Below, in pieces: positions 48,726 through 55,523 of a DNA stretch of 64,000 bases; the stretch's first letter is position 1; each line of letters opens with the position of its first letter. The notes below the pieces were generated by a model. It saw only the letters and a list, made by a program, of their open reading frames with translations, had not been told where the DNA came from and did no database searches. The DNA is taken from IMG/VR virus record IMGVR_UViG_3300049571_000258, positions 6,186 to 70,185 of that record, one strand, 5' to 3'. The translations under genes were made by a program, and so were the position numbers. Origin of the DNA: a virus. Lineage: Duplodnaviria > Heunggongvirae > Uroviricota > Caudoviricetes.

Positions 48726-50024
48726 ATGAAGTTCCTTCCGCGAGCGCTCCTGGCAGGGGTAGCCGGAGCGCTCGTAGCGGCCCTGATCGGCGTCGGCGTC
48801 GTCGTAGCGCAGTCGGGGCAGAGCTACAGCTACGGCCAGCAGGTCGATGTCACCTCCGGTTACTTCAAGGGCAGGGTCGGCACGGTCGACTCGCTGCGCG
48901 TGAAGGTCGGCGACCGGGTGTACACGCTCGGTTTCTCGCAGGTCAAACCGCACCAGACGGCGCCGCCCCCGACGACGACGCCGACGACGACGCCGCCCGA
49001 CACGACGCCGCCAGATACGACCCCGACGACGCCGCCAGATACGACCCCGACGACGCCGCCGGACAACCCGCCGCCGGTGACCGGCGATCGACCCTTCTCG
49101 GACGACTCGCCCTTCAACACGCCGGTGGGATCGAACCCGACGGTCCTCTCCAACTCGGCCTCGCTCGTCGCGAGTTCAGGCATGTCCGGGGGGCTGCCGT
49201 CTCCGATCTCGACGGATCGCCAGGAGTCGGTCAACTACGACCATCCGACGTACTACCCGAAGTCGTCGGACCCGATGGCGACGATCACGTTCCGCAATAG
49301 CGGCGCGAGCTACAGGGTGCCGGTGCCCAACTACGCCATCCCGGCCGGGGCCTCCGACCACCACATCTGCATCGTCTACGGGGGCTGGGAGTACAACCTC
49401 TGGAACGCGACGAAGTCCGGCTCAGCGGGCAACTACACCTTCTCGGCGCAGATCGGTGGGCGCATGCCTGCTGACGGGCCGGGGATCATGACGCCGCAGC
49501 AGGTCTCGCAGTACGGGTCGTCGTTCTACGGCGGCGTGGAGGCGAAGTTCAGCGAGCGCGCCGGGATGATCACGGCCGCCGAGATGCAGGCCGGGCAGAT
49601 CAACCACGCACTGTTCGTCGTCGCTAGCGGCTCGGCCGCGGGCACGTCGGGCGCTGTCTACCCGGGCTACAACAACCCGAGCTACGCGTCCAACGACCGC
49701 GTGCGCATGGGCACGCGCTTCTGGCTGGACATGAGCGACGCGGCCATCGACGCGACGTCGGCCCCGCGGTGGGAGAAGATCATCGCTCACGCGGCGCACC
49801 AGTACGGGATCTACGTCGGCGACAAGGGCGGCGCGGGCTTCAGCTTCATGTTGGAGTCCTCCACGCCGTACAACGCCGCGAAGGTCGCGAACCCGTGGGA
49901 CACCTACTGGCCGAGCCAGGGGGTGCGCAACTCGGGGCAGTACGGCTACGCGGCCAGCTTCACGAGCCGTGCGATCTGGAGCAACCTCAAGGCCATCGCG
50001 CCGCCGAGTCCCCAGATCCCCTAG
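48726..50024 (+). CDS. Secreted/membrane-anchored protein with Pro/Thr linker and a domain paralogous to the giant virion protein
   Basis: N-terminal hydrophobic signal; TTPP/DTTP repeats; 'RPFSDDSPFN', 'AAEMQAGQINHALF', 'WEKIIAHAAHQYGIYVGDKGG'. Confidence 0.8.
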   Translation: MKFLPRALLAGVAGALVAALIGVGVVVAQSGQSYSYGQQVDVTSGYFKGRVGTVDSLRVKVGDRVYTLGFSQVKPHQTAPPPTTTPTTTPPDTTPPDTTPTTPPDTTPTTPPDNPPPVTGDRPFSDDSPFNTPVGSNPTVLSNSASLVASSGMSGGLPSPISTDRQESVNYDHPTYYPKSSDPMATITFRNSGASYRVPVPNYAIPAGASDHHICIVYGGWEYNLWNATKSGSAGNYTFSAQIGGRMPADGPGIMTPQQVSQYGSSFYGGVEAKFSERAGMITAAEMQAGQINHALFVVASGSAAGTSGAVYPGYNNPSYASNDRVRMGTRFWLDMSDAAIDATSAPRWEKIIAHAAHQYGIYVGDKGGAGFSFMLESSTPYNAAKVANPWDTYWPSQGVRNSGQYGYAASFTSRAIWSNLKAIAPPSPQIP

Positions 50025-50129
50025 GCTGGTCTTTTGGGCCGGGGGTGCCGCGACCCCCGGCCCATCTTCTCGGTAGCGCACGTCTTTAGCTATCATGCTG
50101 CGCGCAACCGACCAGAGGAGGGGAGGCCT

Positions 50130-51149
50130 ATGCGTAGGCTCCTGACATTCCTAGCGGTCCTCGCCGCGCTCGCGATGGGCGTGACGACGGTCTCCGCGCA
50201 GGCGGCCCACCATGGGTACGCCAAGCACAAGCACAAGACCCACTGCAAGGTGGGCTACAAGAAGAAGACGACCAAGCGCCACGGCAAGGTGGTCGTCAAG
50301 TGTGTGAAGAAGAAGCACCACAAGCCGCGCCCTGACGCGCAGGGTCCGTCCGGGCCTCCCGGCCCGCAGGGCGACCAGGGCGTTCCGGGCGTCAACGGCG
50401 ACAACGGCTCCAACGGCTCCAACGGCGCCCCGGGCGCAGAGGGTCCGCGCGGTCCCGCCGGTCCCGTCGGCCCTGTCGGTCCGCAGGGCGACCCCGGCCC
50501 GCAGGGTCCCGTCGGCGACACCGGCCCGTCTGGGTCTCCCGGCCCACAGGGTCCCGTCGGACCGGATGGGCCTCCTGGCCCGCAGGGTCCGCAGGGCGAT
50601 GACGCGACGCTGACCGTGACGGCGACGACGTCGGTGACCGACTGGCCCGAGACGTCTGGGTGGGCGACGGACGCCTTCACTCGGACCCTGACGCTGACGC
50701 GGCAGGGCGCGGTCGCCTCGTCGCACTGCGGCGGCACGCCGGTGTGCTTCTTCTACACCGGCACGCTCGGCGACGTCGGCACGTTCCTCGCGCACGATGG
50801 CGAGAACTCCCCGAACTCGTCGGAGCACCTGACGATCGACGGCGACGTCTCCGGCGAGATGGAGGGCACCGCGACGTTCGAGTTCTACGCGTCTTCGGGC
50901 GCGCCGGACGCGTCGCTCGTGCCGACGTCGATCGCGACGCGCACGGACCCGGCGCTCAACGGCGTCGGCACGTCGACCTGGGCGAAGCTCGCCTTCCCGG
51001 TCGACACCGTGTTCGCGGGCGGGCCGACGCTGACCTCGTACCTGTGGAGCTACTTCACGGAGTGCGAGACGTGGCTGGACGGCATCAACCCCGGCGACGA
51101 CGGCCAGGGGCCGACCGACGGCAACATCACCGGGGCCTGCGTCAGCTAG
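50130..51149 (+). CDS. Secreted collagen-like protein
   Basis: Signal peptide [17 protein letters not shown]...AQA; Lys/His-rich Cys motif; 29 consecutive Gly-X-Y triplets; globular C-terminus. Confidence 0.85.
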   Translation: MRRLLTFLAVLAALAMGVTTVSAQAAHHGYAKHKHKTHCKVGYKKKTTKRHGKVVVKCVKKKHHKPRPDAQGPSGPPGPQGDQGVPGVNGDNGSNGSNGAPGAEGPRGPAGPVGPVGPQGDPGPQGPVGDTGPSGSPGPQGPVGPDGPPGPQGPQGDDATLTVTATTSVTDWPETSGWATDAFTRTLTLTRQGAVASSHCGGTPVCFFYTGTLGDVGTFLAHDGENSPNSSEHLTIDGDVSGEMEGTATFEFYASSGAPDASLVPTSIATRTDPALNGVGTSTWAKLAFPVDTVFAGGPTLTSYLWSYFTECETWLDGINPGDDGQGPTDGNITGACVS

Positions 51150-51174
51150 GTTAGGTGGACCCTACGAAAGGTGT

Positions 51175-51206
51175 CGAGGCCTCGCGGTTCACGCCGCGGG
51201 GCCTCG
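51175..51206 (+). terminator. Terminator hairpin after the collagen gene
   Basis: cgaggcctcgcgg-ttcacg-ccgcggggcctcg. Confidence 0.65.
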
Positions 51207-51331
51207 TTCGCGTTAGGCCAACATCTTGCGCTTCCAATACGCCAACATCGTGAGCTAAGATGAGCGGCGTGCATCCGACCAGGGACATCCCGCTAGACGG
51301 CCATCGCGGCTGATGAGACCCCCGGAGGGCA

Positions 51332-51634
51332 ATGACAACTTCAAACGGAACCGCGCCGGTGGCTGACCTTCTGGAGCAGCGTTACCAGCGCATCGCAGCG
51401 GACGACGCTGGCAACCCACGGACCTATTCCAACAAGACGAAGGCGCTGGATCTGCTCGGCACCGCCGAGGCGGCCTACCTGCTGGGCGTAGAGCGCCCGC
51501 GGATCGGTCGCTGGATCTCGAAGGGCGTCATGCCGATGCCCGTCGTGTGGCTCGCGGCCGGGCCGATCTGGCGGCGCGAGCACATCGAGGCCATGCGCGA
51601 CGAAGTGGAGGCGCGCAAGCGCCACTCCAGCTGA
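51332..51634 (+). CDS. HTH DNA-binding regulator (AlpA/MerR/excisionase-like)
   Basis: 'LLGTAEAAYLLGVERPRIGRWISKGVMPMPV..LAAGPIWRREHIE'. Confidence 0.85.
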   Translation: MTTSNGTAPVADLLEQRYQRIAADDAGNPRTYSNKTKALDLLGTAEAAYLLGVERPRIGRWISKGVMPMPVVWLAAGPIWRREHIEAMRDEVEARKRHSS

Positions 51635-51843
51635 TTGCGACAGCGTCCCGAGGGGGCACTGGGGGCCAGTCAGGCGGCCCCTGGCGCCTCCTCGGGACGT
51701 TGCCATTTTCAACGACCACCAGGAGGTGAATCCCACGGCAACCCAAAGTCGCTCGGCGGGCTGAGATGCCCGTCCCCCGAAGTCCTGTAGGGGCAACCAG
51801 AGCGCGGGGCTGACGATGCAAACTCGACACTGGGGGTTCCCCC

Positions 51844-52455
51844 GTGCACCGCACACTGATGGCGATCGGGATGATCGCCGTGTTCCTGTGGCCAGCCGCG
51901 ACTGCCGAATCACAGTCGCTGACGACTACTACTCCTGCGCCCACGAAGGCGCTCATCGCACGGAAGCTCGTCCGGCCGAAGCCGGTCGTGACGCACCACA
52001 AGACGTTCACCCCGTGGTCTCGCCCGTCTGTTGGGCAGGTCCGCAAGATCATCGCCTACGAGGCTGATCGCTGGCACGTGTCGCGCTCCCACCTGGACGC
52101 GCGCGTCTTCTGCGAGTCCGGCTACCGGTGGTGGGCCAAGAACGGCCAGTACGCCGGTCTGGGCCAGTTCGCCGCGGAGACGTTCGGCCGCGGCATGGCC
52201 TCGATCGGCTCGCGCACCGTGAAGATCGTCCGCACGGGGTCGCGCCTCGTGCGCGAGCACGAGCTACGCACGTACTCCGACGGCTCACGGGTCCGCGCCC
52301 GGCGCGGGCTGGCGCGCCAGACCGTGCGCACCGTCCTCGTGGGCCACATCCCCGCCGCGGCCGACCGGCTGCACGGCTGGGCGCAGGTCAGGATCATGGC
52401 GAGGGCCATGGCGGGTCTCGGCGGTGTCCGCGACTCGGAGTGGGAGTGCCGGTAG
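51844..52455 (+). CDS. Secreted lytic-transglycosylase/lysozyme-like protein
   Basis: Signal peptide 'MAIGMIAVFLWPAATA'; 'RVFCESGY...NGQYAGLGQF...W.C' signature; start uncertain (ATG 51859). Confidence 0.7.
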   Translation: MHRTLMAIGMIAVFLWPAATAESQSLTTTTPAPTKALIARKLVRPKPVVTHHKTFTPWSRPSVGQVRKIIAYEADRWHVSRSHLDARVFCESGYRWWAKNGQYAGLGQFAAETFGRGMASIGSRTVKIVRTGSRLVREHELRTYSDGSRVRARRGLARQTVRTVLVGHIPAAADRLHGWAQVRIMARAMAGLGGVRDSEWECR

Positions 52456-52525
52456 GCACAGCTGAGAAGTAGAGCGCTGGGGCTGGCGATGTGGGTCTGG
52501 CGCTGTGCGCCCGTACCCTTTCGCC

Positions 52526-52975
52526 ATGCCCCGCGCGCGCTCAACGATCCTCGACAGCTGGCGGCGGCGTAGCTACTCGCTGCACGTCAACGCGTGGGGA
52601 TGGTGCATCGGTCTCATCGCGTTCTTCGCGATGCTCCAGCACTTCCTCTACCCCGGCTCTCTGGACAACGCGAGCGTGAACGATGTGCTCGGCCCGTGGG
52701 ACGAGATCTGGTCGGTGGCCTACGGGGTCGGCGGCCTGTGCATGTTCTACGGCATCTGGAAGCCCAACCGCGTCGCGGACGCCGTGGGCCTCGCCCTGTT
52801 CGCGGGCGCGACGTTCGTCAACGCCATCTCGATCTGGCTCCTCGTGGGGTTCCAGCCGCAGGTCATTCCCTACCTGTTGGGCATCCTGGTCGCCGCCACG
52901 CTGCGCTTCCGCGTCATCACGGGCCGCGTGAAGCCGCGCGCACAGGACATCCTGCCGATCGGGGGCGACCAATGA
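52526..52975 (+). CDS. Multi-pass membrane protein (holin-like)
   Basis: Four hydrophobic segments; leaderless start after TACCCT. Confidence 0.65.
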   Translation: MPRARSTILDSWRRRSYSLHVNAWGWCIGLIAFFAMLQHFLYPGSLDNASVNDVLGPWDEIWSVAYGVGGLCMFYGIWKPNRVADAVGLALFAGATFVNAISIWLLVGFQPQVIPYLLGILVAATLRFRVITGRVKPRAQDILPIGGDQ

Positions 52976-53349
52976 AGTCGGAGGCCGTCGCTCTCGCGCT
53001 CTCCGGCCTCGCGGCGGTGGGCACGGCGTTCACCGCCGTCTGGGGCGGGATCAAGGCGCGCGCCGAGTCCCGGCGCATCAACATCGAGACGGAGGCCGTG
53101 AAGGAAGACCTCGCCACCGGCAACCCGGTGGAGCTACTGCGGCGCGCGATCGACGGCCAGGCAGCCGTCATCGATGACCTGCGTCAGCAGATCGAGGACC
53201 AGCAGGCGCGCCTCGTCGCCCTGGACCGCGAGTTCGACGCCGTCGTGCTCGATCGCGACACGCTGCGCCGCGAGAACCGCGAGCTTCGCATTCGCGTGGC
53301 GAACCTGGAGGATCAGGTCGAGCGCCTGAAGATGGAGAAGCAGGCTTAG
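52972..53349 (+). CDS. Membrane-anchored coiled-coil protein (lysis-accessory-like)
   Basis: N-terminal TM then heptad-rich 'IDDLRQQIEDQQARL..LENL'. Confidence 0.65.
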   Translation: MKSEAVALALSGLAAVGTAFTAVWGGIKARAESRRINIETEAVKEDLATGNPVELLRRAIDGQAAVIDDLRQQIEDQQARLVALDREFDAVVLDRDTLRRENRELRIRVANLEDQVERLKMEKQA

Positions 53350-53399
53350 TTCCGTCCGGTCTGGCGCGTAGGTTGCCGAGACCGACCAGGAGGTAGGCC

Positions 53400-53861
53400 A
53401 TGGGCTTCTCGATCAACACCGTGACGATCAGCGGGAACCTGACTCGCGATCCCGAGCTTCGCTCGACACAGGGCGGCACGTCCGTCTGCCAGCTGCGCAT
53501 CGCGCACAACGACCGCCGCAAGGACCAGTCCGGCGAGTGGGTCGACGTCCCGTACTACTTCGACGTCACGATCTGGTCCGGCCAGGGCGAGTGGGTGGCG
53601 CGCAACCTGTCCAAGGGCGCGGGCATCACCGTCCAGGGCAAGCTGAAGTGGCGCGAGTACGAGGACAAGGACGGCAACAAGCGCCAGGCCGTGGACATCA
53701 CGGCCGACAACATCTTCGTGCCCAAGGGCGAGGGCGGCGGGGGCGGCGGCTACTCGAACCGCAGCGACATCCCGGTCTCCACAGATGACTTCGCGCCCGC
53801 GGGCGGCTATCAGGGGACGTCTTCGTCGGCGACGGCGATGGACGACGACATCCCGTTCTGA
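53400..53861 (+). CDS. ssb: Single-stranded DNA-binding protein
   Basis: 'NTVTISGNLTRDPELR...' and C-terminal DDDIPF. Confidence 0.97.
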   Translation: MGFSINTVTISGNLTRDPELRSTQGGTSVCQLRIAHNDRRKDQSGEWVDVPYYFDVTIWSGQGEWVARNLSKGAGITVQGKLKWREYEDKDGNKRQAVDITADNIFVPKGEGGGGGGYSNRSDIPVSTDDFAPAGGYQGTSSSATAMDDDIPF

Positions 53862-54049
53862 GTAGCTAACATCTTGTGTCCCGGCCATCGGCTAGGTAAG
53901 AGGACTCAGGGGTTCCTGTCCCCCTCATTGACGCCGATAACAGCGGTCCCGCCGGGTACAAGCCGTCCTCACTGCGCGCCGGGCTAGCACCGTGGACAGA
54001 GAGGGGGAGGGGATTAACGGGGAGCGCGCCCCCGCCCCGAACCCACCGG

Positions 54050-54078
54050 TTGACGAAGCACACATCGTTAGCTATACT
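54050..54078 (+). promoter_or_regulatory. Promoter TTGACG-17-TATACT with an operator in the spacer
   Basis: TTGACG aagcacacatcgttagc TATACT. Confidence 0.85.
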
Positions 54079-54109
54079 CCTTGGCACAAACCAGAACCAA
54101 GGAGCCACG

Positions 54110-54292
54110 ATGGATCACTTCGACAGCCTCTACGGCGTCGACCCCGACGCAGAGGCAGGCAGAGACAGCGAGGACCGGGCGATCGCCGAAATCCTCGGCG
54201 ACGACTACGCCACTGGCGGCCCCGGGCGCAAGCGCGTCTGGACCTCCGGCGAGTACGAGTGGATCGCTCCGCGTGGGCGGGTGATCGCGTGA
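54110..54292 (+). CDS. Hypothetical protein
   Basis: AAGGAG RBS; first gene after the promoter. Confidence 0.6.
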   Translation: MDHFDSLYGVDPDAEAGRDSEDRAIAEILGDDYATGGPGRKRVWTSGEYEWIAPRGRVIA

Positions 54293-54684
54293 GCGCCAGG
54301 AAGCTGAAGTTCTACGACCACGCGCGCCAGCGCTACGCCGATGGGTCGCCGATCCGCGACAGGCACGAGGCAGAGTTCATGATCGGCGACTACGCGCCCG
54401 AGGGCGGCGTCTACGAGGGCGGCGAGTTCATGATCGCGCTGCACCGCTTCAAGCATCCCAGCGTCTCCGACCCTTGGGGACCACAGGTCCCCGACGACTA
54501 CCTGGTGCCCCAGATCCGGGCCTTCGGTGACGCGACCGGGGCGCTCAAGCGGGCGATCAAGGCCGGTCTGCTCGACGTGCTTGACGATGTCGCCGACCGG
54601 GACGAGTTCGCCCGCCGCCTCCTGGCGCTGGGCTTCATCGACATCTCCGACAACCCACTGCCGGAACTGGAGGAGGCCGCCTGA
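54289..54684 (+). CDS. Hypothetical protein
   Basis: GTGA-coupled; 131 aa. Confidence 0.65.
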   Translation: MSARKLKFYDHARQRYADGSPIRDRHEAEFMIGDYAPEGGVYEGGEFMIALHRFKHPSVSDPWGPQVPDDYLVPQIRAFGDATGALKRAIKAGLLDVLDDVADRDEFARRLLALGFIDISDNPLPELEEAA

Positions 54685-55523
54685 TGGCCAGCACGATCCG
54701 CAACACGACGGTCCGCTTCGGCCTCGCCGAGTTCCCCGTCGCGATCCGCAAGGCGTCCGAGAAGAAGGACGTCAAGTTCGAGTACGCCGTCGACCTCGGC
54801 GAGGGCGACTTCCGCAAGCGCCAGCAGGTCTACGTGGCCGCTGGCACCACGGAGGTCGACGACGACGGCGTCTTCTCGGGAACCCTATCCACGGGCGACA
54901 ACACGGTGCGCGGCGTCTGGAACGGCGACTCCTTCGTCGAGGTCAACACCGCGACGATCGACGCGATCATGGAGGCGGGCCAGATCGACGCCATCGAGAT
55001 CGACGAGTTCGTCCCGCTGAAGAACATCCCGTGGGAGCGCGTGGAGGGGGCCTACTACCTCGTTCCGCAGAAGGGGATGATCGGCGGTAAGGTGCTGCGC
55101 ATGCTGCGTGACGCGCTGAAGGCCGAGAAGGTCGCCGGGGTCGCGAAGCTGTGCCTGAAGGGCACGGCCGGTCGCCAGAAGTTGGCGGTGATCCACGAGG
55201 CTGACGGCAAGGTCATGGTCAACATCGTCGCCTTCGCCGACGACTTCCGCGACACCGACGAGGCGACCGAGGCGCTGGAGCGGGTCGACGTCGCCCCGAA
55301 GGCGGCGAAGCTGGCCCGGCAGCTGGTCAAGGAGTTGACGGTCGCCGACCGGGGCACGCTGCTGACCGAGGCCCGCGACGAGACGGTCGCCGAGCGCGAG
55401 CGCCTGTACCTCCAGGCGATCGACGGCAAGGAGATCAAGGCCGAGAAGGCGGCGGCCAAGCCGGAGAAGCAGATGGTCGACCTGGAGGCCGCGCTGGAGG
55501 CCTCCCTGGCGGCGATCAGGTGA
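54684..55523 (+). CDS. ku: Ku-like DNA end-binding protein
   Basis: 'VRFGLAEFPVAIRKASE...IEIDEFVP...YYLVP...LRDAL...VAGVAK...LAVI...FADDFR...MVDLEAALEASL'. Confidence 0.88.
   Translation: MASTIRNTTVRFGLAEFPVAIRKASEKKDVKFEYAVDLGEGDFRKRQQVYVAAGTTEVDDDGVFSGTLSTGDNTVRGVWNGDSFVEVNTATIDAIMEAGQIDAIEIDEFVPLKNIPWERVEGAYYLVPQKGMIGGKVLRMLRDALKAEKVAGVAKLCLKGTAGRQKLAVIHEADGKVMVNIVAFADDFRDTDEATEALERVDVAPKAAKLARQLVKELTVADRGTLLTEARDETVAERERLYLQAIDGKEIKAEKAAAKPEKQMVDLEAALEASLAAIR

Noticed and set aside
48960-49075. Short tandem repeats (ccgacgacgccgcc...) resembling a CRISPR or DGR repeat
   Set aside because: They encode the in-frame Pro/Thr linker; no unique spacers, cas genes or reverse transcriptase in the window.
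51332-51634. Excisionase implying an integration module
   Set aside because: No integrase or att-like site visible in the window; treated as a regulator. Temperate lifestyle cannot be confirmed.
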